From: Clostridia bacterium
GTDB lineage: Bacteria > Bacillota > Clostridia > Oscillospirales > CAG-272
Assembly (NCBI GenBank): GCA_017501225.1
Contig: JAFVXH010000007.1
Span: 195,147 to 259,146 of the forward strand
Direction: 5' to 3'
Length of the DNA stretch: 64,000 nucleotides
Below are positions 8,777-18,740 of the stretch, one piece after another. The position numbers and the translations under genes are program-made. The notes below the pieces were generated by a model, which searched no databases, was not told the origin of the DNA, and saw nothing but the letters and a program-made list of their open reading frames with translations. Every line of letters begins with the position of its first letter. The first letter of the stretch is position 1.

Positions 8777-9485
8777 CGCAATTTGCGCAGTCTTCTCGGT
8801 GGTAGATGCCGCAAAATCCAAGGACATTGCCGCCATCTATAAGGAAGGAAACTTCCCGATCGGGATCTCAACACACGGCTTTGGCATGGCGGATTCCTCC
8901 GTGCTTGAGCTTCTGGGATTTGGAGAAAACAAAAAGAACATCACCGTAAGCCTTCTTTCCAAGAAGCGCGTGCACGAGTTCTATGCGGCGCTGGAGGATC
9001 GGTTGCAGATCACAAAGCCGGGGCGCGGCATCGTCTTTTCCGTCCCCATGACCTCTGCCACCGCGTTCTTGGTCAGCCTTACAAACGCAGATACCGAAAA
9101 AAACAGTGATCCGGAAAAGGAGTGTGAGCTTGCTATGGCACAGCATGAATATGAATTGATCATCACCATCGTCACCAAGGGCAATTCCCCTGACGTTATG
9201 GCTGCCGCCAATGCTGCGGGTGCGCGCGGAGGCACGCTCATTCACGCCCTGGGGCTTGGCGCGCAGGAAGCGCAGAAATTCCTGGGTATCGCCATTCAGC
9301 CCGAAAAGGATCTGATCCTCAACGTGGTACACCGCACGGAGAAAGCAAAGGTCATGAAGGCGATCGGCGAGGCTGCCGGCGTCAATACCGAGGGAAAAGG
9401 CATTCTCTTCTCCCTGCCCGTAGACGAGGTCCTCGGTCTTCGCTCCGTCACGGCAGAGGAACGTACGACCGAAGAAAACGCATAA
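8769..9485 (+). CDS. Tandem PII-like (GlnB family) signalling protein
   Basis: Two repeats, each ending in G.GI.FS.P; AAGARGGTLIHALG motif. Confidence 0.8.
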   Translation: MPDAICAVFSVVDAAKSKDIAAIYKEGNFPIGISTHGFGMADSSVLELLGFGENKKNITVSLLSKKRVHEFYAALEDRLQITKPGRGIVFSVPMTSATAFLVSLTNADTEKNSDPEKECELAMAQHEYELIITIVTKGNSPDVMAAANAAGARGGTLIHALGLGAQEAQKFLGIAIQPEKDLILNVVHRTEKAKVMKAIGEAAGVNTEGKGILFSLPVDEVLGLRSVTAEERTTEENA

Positions 9486-9496
9486 TCAAACAATCA

Positions 9497-9539
9497 GCCG
9501 CGCGCTATCCTCTGTAAGATAGCGCGCGGCGGCTTTTTT
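9497..9539 (+). terminator. Intrinsic terminator
   Basis: gccgcgcgctatc/gatagcgcgcggc stem plus T-tract. Confidence 0.7.
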
Positions 9540-9574
9540 ATGATTACACTTTTCTCTTTTAGAAGCATCAAACA

Positions 9575-9601
9575 AAAGGGTTGCCACAAGGGCAACCCTT
9601 T
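9575..9601 (-). terminator. Terminator of the sugar ABC operon
   Basis: aaagggttgcc/ggcaacccttt stem just after the stop at 9612. Confidence 0.65.
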
Positions 9602-9611
9602 ATTTTTTGAA

Positions 9612-10814
9612 TTAGTTTGCAATACCGGAGTGCTCGATACCTTGTACCAAGAATCTCTGACCGAAGATTGCATATACCAGCACCAAAGGCAGAATGATCA
9701 TCAAACCGCAGGTATTCCGTATCGCTGTATTATACAGGTCGGTTCCCGCAAAGTCCGTAATCAAGGATGCAGGTGTGGGCAAGGATACAATCTTAACCAG
9801 GAACGGTGTCGCAGAGGTTGGGAAGAACATGGTGGTGTAGAACACGTCGGTCCACTGCCAGCAGAACGCAAACATGAACACCGTGACCATCATGGGGATG
9901 GACAGGGGCAGAATGATCTGAATGAAGGTGCGGAGTGTTCCGGCGCCATCCATGTATGCGGATTCCTCCAGCTCATCGGGAATGCCGCGGAAGAACTGAC
10001 GCAACATAAAGATGTAAAGTCCGTTCTTAAACGCAAGACCGCCCAAGGAGAGCAGGATGAACGGGAAATAGGTGCCGCTCAGGTTGATGCCCGCCTGCGT
10101 GATATCCATATCCACGCGGTATTGCGCAACCTGCTGCGTACCGATCTGCTTCATGTACCTTCCAAACTTAATTTCATCAGGCAAAACGTTCAGCTTTTCA
10201 AAGAAATCGCCAACGCCCTCGCTGATATCCGCGAGATTGAATCCAAAGAACTCAATTCCGCCACCCTTGAGCAAGCGTACAATTCCAAAGATGTCGAAGT
10301 ATCTGAACTGCATATCCATGGAAAGACGCATGGTCTGGTGAGGAATGATCATGGTCAGCATAACCAGCATGAAGATGGCGCCTCTGAAGCGGAACTTAAA
10401 CTTCGCAAATCCGTATCCGATCAGTGCACAAATGAAGGTCTGCACGAGTGCTGTGCTGAAGGAAAGGATAAACGTGTTTCCGAACGCTTCCCAATAACCA
10501 AGCTCTGTAAAGATCGCACGGTAGATATCAATGCTGAAGGTCTTGGGGATCAAAAGCACGGTAACGTCGACAAAATCCTCGGGTGCCATGAAGGAACCGC
10601 TGATCTTGGTGATGAATGGGAACAGTACGATGTAGGAAATACCGACCATCAGGACCAAACGGAAGATCGTGAAGATGACTTTGGTCAGGAAGTAGGTCGA
10701 CAGGAACTTCGCCTTGAGTCGATCTTTGAGGGGAGAACGGTCAAAATCAACTTTGATCTTGTTCTTGCTCTCTCTTTTGACGACGGGCTTCTTTTCGATG
10801 TTTTGAGAGTCCAT
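9612..10814 (-). CDS. Carbohydrate ABC permease (MalG-like) with enlarged loop
   Basis: EAA loop IPDELEESAYMDGAG, GYGFAKFKFRFR, C-terminal QRFLVQGIEHSG. Confidence 0.88.
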   Translation of the reverse strand: MDSQNIEKKPVVKRESKNKIKVDFDRSPLKDRLKAKFLSTYFLTKVIFTIFRLVLMVGISYIVLFPFITKISGSFMAPEDFVDVTVLLIPKTFSIDIYRAIFTELGYWEAFGNTFILSFSTALVQTFICALIGYGFAKFKFRFRGAIFMLVMLTMIIPHQTMRLSMDMQFRYFDIFGIVRLLKGGGIEFFGFNLADISEGVGDFFEKLNVLPDEIKFGRYMKQIGTQQVAQYRVDMDITQAGINLSGTYFPFILLSLGGLAFKNGLYIFMLRQFFRGIPDELEESAYMDGAGTLRTFIQIILPLSIPMMVTVFMFAFCWQWTDVFYTTMFFPTSATPFLVKIVSLPTPASLITDFAGTDLYNTAIRNTCGLMIILPLVLVYAIFGQRFLVQGIEHSGIAN

Positions 10815-10828
10815 GTGATTACCTCCTT

Positions 10829-11827
10829 TTAGTCATTCTTGCGTTGGTAGAATACAAACGCAGAGAAGATGGACGCGATGACCGCAACGATCAGGATAAC
10901 CATTAAGAAGTAGATCCAATACATTGCCGAGGCCAACGATTGCGCGTTACCACCGGACGGTGTTGCAGCTCCCGGACCGCCGCCGTAAACTCCGTTGATA
11001 TAGGACATGACCACGTTATCACTGGAGGTGAAGGCATCGATAATGGTATAAACACCGTTTACCAGAATCATCGGGCTGATCATCGGGAAGGTGATCTTCC
11101 AGAAGGTCTCCCACGCGGTCGCACCGTCGATCTTACAGGATTCGTAGATCGCAGGAGAGATCGACTGCAGTGCTGCCAGGAAGATCAGCATCTGTACACC
11201 GGAGCGGTTTACAATATCAAAGATGTTGTTAACCGCGGTGGCTACGTAGCTTACGATCTCGGTACCGACCTTCATGTTGGCAAACAGCTGTTCAAAGTCC
11301 ATCACGCTGACCAGGTCATTGGAGGCACTGGTACCGGTACCGGTATCAATACCGCCCGATCCATCGGCATTCTCGAACAGAATATCCGAGCTTGCGATGG
11401 TTTCCATAATACCCGTCGAAAGAATAACGGGGACGAAGAAGATCGCGCGGAATACTGCTCTGCCCGCCATCTTCTGGTTGAGCATGACTGCCATGAACAA
11501 CGAGAAGATCAGAATTGCGGGAACGTCAAACGCCAGCTGCTTCAATCCGGATACCAATGCTTGGCTAAACGCTTGGTTTGCAGTAAAGGCGTCCAAATAG
11601 TTACCCAATCCGATGTATTCCAGGGAGTAGCCTGCACCACCGGTCTCGGAAACGTAGTTGATCTTGTGGAAGCTCATGAGCAAGGACTCATAAACCATTG
11701 GCAAATAGATCAGAACAAATCCGATCAGGAACGGCAGAATAAAGAACCAGCCTGCACGTGCCTTACGTCTGTCAAGGGAGGCGATTTTCTTTCTTTTCGG
11801 CTTTAACAACGCCTTATTTTCTGTCAT
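10829..11827 (-). CDS. Carbohydrate ABC permease (MalF-like)
   Basis: LAALQSISPAIYESCKIDGATAWETFWKITFP EAA motif. Confidence 0.9.
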   Translation of the reverse strand: MTENKALLKPKRKKIASLDRRKARAGWFFILPFLIGFVLIYLPMVYESLLMSFHKINYVSETGGAGYSLEYIGLGNYLDAFTANQAFSQALVSGLKQLAFDVPAILIFSLFMAVMLNQKMAGRAVFRAIFFVPVILSTGIMETIASSDILFENADGSGGIDTGTGTSASNDLVSVMDFEQLFANMKVGTEIVSYVATAVNNIFDIVNRSGVQMLIFLAALQSISPAIYESCKIDGATAWETFWKITFPMISPMILVNGVYTIIDAFTSSDNVVMSYINGVYGGGPGAATPSGGNAQSLASAMYWIYFLMVILIVAVIASIFSAFVFYQRKND

Positions 11828-11846
11828 CGTTTGATTCCTCCCTTTC

Positions 11847-14800
11847 TCAGTATTCAATGACTACGTATCCATTGCTGGGAATGGTGTACGTAACGTTGTT
11901 GTAAGTAACTCTTACGGTATAGCTGTTGTAGTTGAGCAAGAAGGTCTTTGCAAAGGTCTTCTCGTTGGTCTCAGGGTTGCGATCACCGTAGGTAACGACT
12001 ACAACGCGGTTGTTGCCGGAATCCTTACCGGATCCGCCGATGTTGATGTCTCCGCCGTTGTTTCCGCCATCCTCGCCGCCTTCGCCGTCAATCGGGGCAC
12101 CTGCCTCCTCGAACAGATCTGCAACCTCGAAACGAATGACCTCGCGGACGTCGGGTCTGTTCATCAGGAGTCTTGCTGCGTTGGACTGCTCCTGGGTTCC
12201 GCTGCCGTCTCTGTAGGAAGTCAGCACAGTCAAAGCGTTATATGCGATTTGAGCAACGCACTCGGAGCTGTTGATATCATCGTATCCCTTTGCCTTGAGT
12301 GCTTCAATGGCAGCCTTCGCATCATCGGAATAGTGCTGAACCTCGGTTACGATCACGTCTGCCTTTGCGTAGTAAGCCTCTGCAACCTCGGCCTCCAGGT
12401 AACCCTCAGCCACAGCCTTTCGCAGGATGTCTTTCGCATTCGTCAGCTCTGCGATCGCACCGTCAACGTTCTCCTGGTAAACATCCATATTTGCCATCAG
12501 TCGCAGAACGTCAACAGCGTTCTTTCTCAGACCGCTGACAGTACCGAGGAATCCGCCGCCGCCTTCACCGCCGTTGATACGGTCAGAAACCGTGGTGGCT
12601 TCAAAGTCGTACTTAGCCTCAACGATTGCATCAAGCAGCTCTACGATCTGGGTGTTCAGTCTGTCTGCAGTCTCTCTGACGTACGCATATGCGTCGTCAA
12701 CCTCAACGCAGGCATCCAGCAGCTCCTGGTATACACCGCCGATGATCTCATCCGCCTTCGCGATGCTCTTGAAAGCGTTCGCAATCTCAATATAGCGCTG
12801 CATCTCGGTATCTACCTGATTCTGTGCAGCCGAATCCAAAGCCGCCTGCAGCTTGTCAGCAAGGTCTGCCTCCAGCTCATCCAGATCCAGAACGCGCTCG
12901 CTGGGCAGGAAGTCATGCTCTACGATTACCTTCAGCTGAATGTCCTTGAGGAGTTCGTTGAGCTCCTTGTAGCTTTCGATCACGTCTGCTTCCCAGATAT
13001 CATAACGGATACCGTAGTACTGGTTGAGAACCGGATCTTCCTTGAGCTCATTGGTATTCTGGTAAGAAAGGATGAAATACAAGCTTGCGCCGTTTTCGAT
13101 CGCCTTCAGGATCGCATAATCACTGTCACCTTCCTCATTGAAGGGAGTGCCTGCAAACTGTACGTAGCCGTGGAGAACGGCACCGATGAAGGGAACGGAC
13201 GCGCCCGAACGGATGTAACGGCTGGAATCAAGATCTACGTTGACCAGGTGGTCGACATAGCCCCACGTATAAGCGTTTCCGCCGTCGGTCATCAGGCTGT
13301 AGCCTGCATCCTGCATATCCTCGAATGCGCGGATGGTGTAGTCCTTGTTGTTCTCGCGGTTGTAAGGATCATCCTCATCAAAGTCGGAGTTCAACGCAGT
13401 ACCCAGGGACGCGACGGACATGCTCATCAGGTCATACTTTGCGTAGTTCTTGAGCAGCTTGTCATAGAACGAGCTGTAACGGGAGGGCGAGATCGCCAAA
13501 TCGTGGAAGGTTACGTAAGACTGCTGCGTTGCGCTGTACTGACGCAAGGAGGTATAACGGTTATCGATGGTCTTAACCGCGTCACGCTTGAGGTTGACAG
13601 CATCGAGCAACGTATTGGTGCGAATGTACGCGAAGTCAAAGTCGGGATACAGTCCCAATTTTGCATTCTCGTCGTTCTGAGAAATCTCCTCGGACTTATC
13701 GATCAGCCACTCCAGCTTCTTTGCACCGCCAACGGCACTTTCCCACTTTAAGGAGGAAGGAACCTTTGCGTACATACCGCCGTTTGCAAAACCGGTCAGC
13801 TTGAAGTTGACGTTCTTAACACCGGAGTTGTAAAGCTTCTCGTAAATCGAATAAACATTCTCAAAGGTGGTCAAGGGAGTCATTTCCTTGACGGGAACCG
13901 TCAGGAAACGCTGCGTGGTCTGAAGGGTTCCAAAGACCTCCATATACAGAGGAATATCCTCGGTAATGTCCTCCTCGGTCATCTTCTCCAGAACACCGGT
14001 ATTGACCAGATAATCACGGTAAGCCTCTGCCATTCCCAACCAGGTTGCATCATAGTACTTGATGTTGGGAGTGAACTGCTTTGCCTCCTCTACCTTGTTC
14101 GCATCGGAGAGGAAGAGGTAACGAAGCTTGAAGCTGCCGGTGTACTTACGGTTGGATACGACGGTCCACGTAGAACTGTTGGTAACCGAGATCGAATCCG
14201 AAATGTCATAGCTGTCATTCGGCTTCGGGTTAAAGAAGTTCATCATGGTGTAGTAGTTGCTGGAGGATCCCGCATGGTAAGAGGAGATCTCTGCCAGGGA
14301 CTCACCGGACTCGATGATCGCGAGGTATCCGCGGCTGTAGGTTTCTTCCTTGATCTCAAGGAGCTCACCCTCGGGGCGCTTGGAAATTTCGTCCTGGATC
14401 TTTTCAAAGCTCTTAACCGTCGCGGAAACGGTCTCGCTGTTTACCATCATTTCCATGTTACCGTTCAGATAAGAATAGGAATAGGAATAGATGGTTTCGG
14501 TTGCGACCGTACCGTAGATGGGATAACGGATCGCCTTTTGGTAGGTACCCACGATGTTGTGGTAAGCGTAGTCAACGCCGTATACCTTACCTCTTACGGT
14601 ATTGCTGCGTCCCAGATCGGAATAGAAGAGGGAGCCGGAACCGTCGGGATAGAAGTTGTAGCCCTCGGTCAGGATGTTACCCGCGCCCATATAGGGAAGC
14701 ACGGAGAGGTACTCCAGAGTATACATGGACATATCGTAGCGCAAGCCGTTACAAGGCAAACGCACGGTCATGCCGTTCTCGTCCAGAGAGTACTCAAGAG

Positions 14801-15695
14801 CCATCTTGAATACGGGATACTGCTCGTTGGATGCCTCATATCCGGTTTGCTCGTGATCGGCCTCCATCTGCTCGAAGGAGTAATCGGGGCAATATTCCTT
14901 AATGAAGCTCTCGCACCAGTTTTCCTTGATATCACCAACAGTCGAGTCGAACACGTAAATGTTCATGGGAACCAGTGCGCCGTTCTCATCCTCAATCAGT
15001 TCCTCAATACAAGGATAGGATTTGATCCAGCTCTGTCTTTCTCTTTCGGACTGCGCGATCTCAAGACCGATGGGAGTATAGTACTTGTAGAACTTGGTAA
15101 AGTAGAACTCATCCAGAATGCCCTTATCGATGGCTTCCTCCATCGGGCCCAGGATGTACTTGTCGAAGCTGACTGCCGAAATGCGCTGAGGCAACAGCTT
15201 TCTGGTTTCCTCACGACCGATGACGTACTCAACGCGAACACCGTTTTTGATGTTCATAACCTTGATCTGCTTTCTCATTGCAGCTTCCTCGAAGCTGTAA
15301 AGAGTATTCATAACGCCGTTATCGGTGTATTGGACGACGATCTGGGACAGGATCTGCTTCTTTACACGCGCGTCCATGTCCTTATCTCCACCCATATCGT
15401 AGGGAGTGGAGAAAAGCAGCTCGCCGGTGGAAATCTTTTCGGTTACGACCTCGCCGCTGATGGTGTCGATATAAAGCTTATAATCGTGCGCCTCCATCAC
15501 CAGCTTCATTTTTGCCAAACGCTCGGCGGGCTGTTTGTAGGATGCCGAGGTGTAAGTGCTTTCGATGATCTCGGGGGTCATCATGGACGTATCTTCTTCT
15601 GCGGCGGAAGCCCCTACGGTCAATACCCCGGTCAAGGCGCTCACCATCATAATGACAGCCAAGAGTGTCGAAAGAATTCTGTTATTCAATTTCAT
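11847..15695 (-). CDS. Secreted DUF5696-like protein, 1282 aa (possible glycoside hydrolase fold)
   Basis: Signal peptide ending VGASA; motifs LPYMGA, PDGSGSL, YPIYG, TPLTTF, GFANGG, LYPDFDF, VPFIGAVLHG, LKAIENGA; position in the operon typical of DUF5696 proteins (recognised by eye). Confidence 0.7.
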   Translation of the reverse strand: MKLNNRILSTLLAVIMMVSALTGVLTVGASAAEEDTSMMTPEIIESTYTSASYKQPAERLAKMKLVMEAHDYKLYIDTISGEVVTEKISTGELLFSTPYDMGGDKDMDARVKKQILSQIVVQYTDNGVMNTLYSFEEAAMRKQIKVMNIKNGVRVEYVIGREETRKLLPQRISAVSFDKYILGPMEEAIDKGILDEFYFTKFYKYYTPIGLEIAQSERERQSWIKSYPCIEELIEDENGALVPMNIYVFDSTVGDIKENWCESFIKEYCPDYSFEQMEADHEQTGYEASNEQYPVFKMALEYSLDENGMTVRLPCNGLRYDMSMYTLEYLSVLPYMGAGNILTEGYNFYPDGSGSLFYSDLGRSNTVRGKVYGVDYAYHNIVGTYQKAIRYPIYGTVATETIYSYSYSYLNGNMEMMVNSETVSATVKSFEKIQDEISKRPEGELLEIKEETYSRGYLAIIESGESLAEISSYHAGSSSNYYTMMNFFNPKPNDSYDISDSISVTNSSTWTVVSNRKYTGSFKLRYLFLSDANKVEEAKQFTPNIKYYDATWLGMAEAYRDYLVNTGVLEKMTEEDITEDIPLYMEVFGTLQTTQRFLTVPVKEMTPLTTFENVYSIYEKLYNSGVKNVNFKLTGFANGGMYAKVPSSLKWESAVGGAKKLEWLIDKSEEISQNDENAKLGLYPDFDFAYIRTNTLLDAVNLKRDAVKTIDNRYTSLRQYSATQQSYVTFHDLAISPSRYSSFYDKLLKNYAKYDLMSMSVASLGTALNSDFDEDDPYNRENNKDYTIRAFEDMQDAGYSLMTDGGNAYTWGYVDHLVNVDLDSSRYIRSGASVPFIGAVLHGYVQFAGTPFNEEGDSDYAILKAIENGASLYFILSYQNTNELKEDPVLNQYYGIRYDIWEADVIESYKELNELLKDIQLKVIVEHDFLPSERVLDLDELEADLADKLQAALDSAAQNQVDTEMQRYIEIANAFKSIAKADEIIGGVYQELLDACVEVDDAYAYVRETADRLNTQIVELLDAIVEAKYDFEATTVSDRINGGEGGGGFLGTVSGLRKNAVDVLRLMANMDVYQENVDGAIAELTNAKDILRKAVAEGYLEAEVAEAYYAKADVIVTEVQHYSDDAKAAIEALKAKGYDDINSSECVAQIAYNALTVLTSYRDGSGTQEQSNAARLLMNRPDVREVIRFEVADLFEEAGAPIDGEGGEDGGNNGGDINIGGSGKDSGNNRVVVVTYGDRNPETNEKTFAKTFLLNYNSYTVRVTYNNVTYTIPSNGYVVIEY

Positions 15696-15715
15696 ATTCT
15701 AACCTCCTTCTGTCA

Positions 15716-17854
15716 TTACAAGCGATACTGAATTTCGGTCACGAGGTTGGTACCAAGGCTTACCAGCTTGGAAAGCAATACGCTAAACAGCAATACGATA
15801 AAGATGATACAAGCCATTGCGACCAGCGTTCCGGCAATGGTGATCAGGTTCTTACCCAAGGAGTAATCATGTGTAACCATGACTCCGAAGTACAGAAGCA
15901 TGAACACCCAAACGAACGCTACGGTTCCCACGAAGGTAATCAAGCTCTTCTCACTGTCGGTTACCCAGTTGGAGCAAAGCGTTGCGGGAACGATCAAGAG
16001 AGGCAGAGGTACTAAGCTATAGGAGGTTGCAATAAAGATATCCTTAAAGCTACCCTCACCCTCAAACAAGGTGGTCAAGCACCAGTTACCGATGACGAAC
16101 AGCGCCAAGGGAACCAACACCGACAGCGCCTGCATCACGATGGTGGAGGAGGCGCCGGTCGGGTTGAGGGAGTAGCCCTGACCAATGCTCTGGTAGAAGA
16201 ACGCGAGAACGGTTGCTACGATAAATACGATGGAGGCACGAATCGATCCGCGCTTCTCGTGCTTCAGATCGTAGAAGCCGTCAAACGGGTGGAAAATGAC
16301 GTGGAAGCCGTAAATGACCTCCTGTCCGAAGCTCTTTCTTGCCTTACCGTCGGTAGCACCTCTCTTGTTGACCTTTGCGGCCCAGGAGAAGAATACGACC
16401 ACGCCGGCAATCACGGCTGCGATGATCAGCATCATCAGAATGAACCAGTCGGACATCCATTCCTTACGAACCTGCTTGTAGGATTCCGACCAGCTGGTGG
16501 TCTCGTAAGCAGTTTCAAAATACTCAAGTGCCTCGGAATAGTCACCGCTACGGTAGAGCGCGTTACCGATACCGATATAAGCGGCATCGAAGTTCGCGTT
16601 TCTCTGAAGCACTTCCTCCCAGCATGCGATTGCGTAATCGTAATCCAGGGAGTTTTCCGCGGCGATCGCTTCGAGAAGCAGATCACCGTATTCGGTTCTC
16701 TTGTAGACGACGATACCGGTGGATTTATCCAGCACCAGCATGGTGTCGCCCTGATAGCAAACAGCCTCAATGCTACTGATGCTACCCAGCATGTCACCCT
16801 TATCACCAAAGGCGAAGAGGAGATTGCCGTTGAAATCGTAGGTGTAGATCTTATTTCTCTTGGAGTCGATGATCGTCCAGGTCTTCTCGGGTCCCTGTGC
16901 TACGTCGGTCACGGTGGAAACACCCTTGTAAACCGCCTTGGCAGAGGTGGAGAAGTCAACCTCGCCCGCGGGCGGCCAGAAGCCGTTTCTTCTCATGATC
17001 TCGTCACCTGCGGGATTGAGAAGCTTAACAGGCATGTAAGTACCTGCCTTTGCCTTTCCCTTGATCGCGCTCGCAACCTGACTCTCTTCGATGGTAGAGA
17101 TGGTTACGTATACGAAGCCGTCGGTGCTCAGGCAAATGTTGTTAAACTCGGAAGCGAGGTTTTCTGCCTGATATTTCTCCTGCTCCTCGGTCGCGAACCG
17201 ACGCCACAGAATATCCCAAGCGCTCAGCGTAACTGCCTGTGCGCCGATGAATCCGATGAACGCGCCGTTGCTGTCCATCATAATGATACCCTGGTGAGTG
17301 GTAGAGGAAACAACGTAGATACGGTCGTGCTGGTCAACTGCCATTGCGATCGGCTTGTAAATGTCGTCCTCATCAAAGAGCTGGCTTTCAGGCTCAGGAA
17401 GGATGCAATCGAATTCACCCTCTCTGGTAAAGCGAACGATACGGTTCTTCTCGGTATCGCAAACCCAGATGTATTCCTCGTTGACGAATACGCCCTCGGG
17501 AGCTGCGAGCGAGTCGGGGTTTCCCTGCTCGTTATCGAACTTGGAGATCGAGAAGCGATACTGATAGTAACGGTCCAGGCAAACAATGCGGTTGTTGCCG
17601 GAGTCTGCGATGTATACGTTACCTTCTGCGTCCGTGAACAGGTCGTTGGGCGTGTTCAGGGGAGTGGTAAGTCCCAGCGCCGCAGAATCCAGAACCAGAT
17701 CTGCGGAATACGCGTCGGGAGAATACAGTGCTTTTCCGTTAATATCGTACGTATAGGTCTGATATGCGGAGGAAGCGCCTGCTCCAACCGTCATAGCCGA
17801 AGCTATCATCACAAGAGACAACAGAACCAGCAAAACAGATGTTATTCTTTTCAT
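15716..17854 (-). CDS. NHL-repeat beta-propeller + TPR + Yip1-like membrane domain protein
   Basis: Signal peptide; NHL repeats (PNDLFTDAEGNVYIADSGNNRIV; PEGVFV...VCDTEKNRIV); TPR (AYIGIGNALYRSGDYSEALEYF); multi-TM C-terminus starting HPFDGFYDLKHEKRGS. Confidence 0.8.
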   Translation of the reverse strand: MKRITSVLLVLLSLVMIASAMTVGAGASSAYQTYTYDINGKALYSPDAYSADLVLDSAALGLTTPLNTPNDLFTDAEGNVYIADSGNNRIVCLDRYYQYRFSISKFDNEQGNPDSLAAPEGVFVNEEYIWVCDTEKNRIVRFTREGEFDCILPEPESQLFDEDDIYKPIAMAVDQHDRIYVVSSTTHQGIIMMDSNGAFIGFIGAQAVTLSAWDILWRRFATEEQEKYQAENLASEFNNICLSTDGFVYVTISTIEESQVASAIKGKAKAGTYMPVKLLNPAGDEIMRRNGFWPPAGEVDFSTSAKAVYKGVSTVTDVAQGPEKTWTIIDSKRNKIYTYDFNGNLLFAFGDKGDMLGSISSIEAVCYQGDTMLVLDKSTGIVVYKRTEYGDLLLEAIAAENSLDYDYAIACWEEVLQRNANFDAAYIGIGNALYRSGDYSEALEYFETAYETTSWSESYKQVRKEWMSDWFILMMLIIAAVIAGVVVFFSWAAKVNKRGATDGKARKSFGQEVIYGFHVIFHPFDGFYDLKHEKRGSIRASIVFIVATVLAFFYQSIGQGYSLNPTGASSTIVMQALSVLVPLALFVIGNWCLTTLFEGEGSFKDIFIATSYSLVPLPLLIVPATLCSNWVTDSEKSLITFVGTVAFVWVFMLLYFGVMVTHDYSLGKNLITIAGTLVAMACIIFIVLLFSVLLSKLVSLGTNLVTEIQYRL

Positions 17855-17866
17855 ATTGCCTCCTCC

Positions 17867-18739
17867 TTAGTCCTTCATACCACTCGAACCCATCGTTTCA
17901 ATGATGTTCGACTGCGAGATGACGAAGACCAGAATCGGTACCATCATCATCAAAACCGTTGCCGCTGCCGAAGCACCCGCACGCTTAATTCCGCCTGCGG
18001 TGATCTGACCGATCGCGTAGTTGAAGGATTTCAATTGCTCAGAATAAATATAAATGGAAGAACCTGCGTTCCAAAGTCCCTGGAAGGAATAGATGATCAG
18101 GGTCAGCCACGCGGGCTTAACCATGGGCATCGCGATGGTCCAGTAGGTACGGATCTCACTTGCACCGTCCAGACGCGCACTTTCCAAAACCGTGTCGGGA
18201 ACGTTGGTATCCATAAACTGCTTCATCAGGTAAAGTCCGAGCGTTGAGCCCCACGCGGGAACGATGATCGCCCAGTAGGTATCGATCATATGGAAGGTAC
18301 TCATCAGGATGAAGCTGGTGATTGCGGTAACCGTAGAGTGGAACATCAGGGACGTACGAATGGTACGGAACACGAATCCACCGCCGGGGAACTTGATCTT
18401 TGCCAGAGCATATGCGCAAGCAGATGCCAAGAACAGGTGACCGAAGGTACCCAGAACCGAGGTAAGGACCGTATTGAAGATGTAACGGGAGAACGGTACC
18501 CAGGAGTCGTTCATCAAAGTGAACAGGTCGGTGTAGTTACGGAACGTCGGATTTTTAACCAGGAATCGAGGGGGATACATCCACAACTCGTCCAAAGGCT
18601 TGAAGGATTGGCTGACAACGTAGAACATCGGTAAAAACATGAAAATACCGAGGATGGTCAGCACCATGGTAATACCCGCGTCACCTCCGGCGGAACGGGA
18701 TAATACGACTTTATGTTTTCTTGTTCTTAATTTTGCCAT
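17867..18739 (-). CDS. Carbohydrate ABC permease (MalG-like)
   Basis: VPDTVLESARLDGASE..YWTIAMPMVKPAW EAA motif. Confidence 0.9.
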   Translation of the reverse strand: MAKLRTRKHKVVLSRSAGGDAGITMVLTILGIFMFLPMFYVVSQSFKPLDELWMYPPRFLVKNPTFRNYTDLFTLMNDSWVPFSRYIFNTVLTSVLGTFGHLFLASACAYALAKIKFPGGGFVFRTIRTSLMFHSTVTAITSFILMSTFHMIDTYWAIIVPAWGSTLGLYLMKQFMDTNVPDTVLESARLDGASEIRTYWTIAMPMVKPAWLTLIIYSFQGLWNAGSSIYIYSEQLKSFNYAIGQITAGGIKRAGASAAATVLMMMVPILVFVISQSNIIETMGSSGMKD

Positions 18740-18740
18740 A

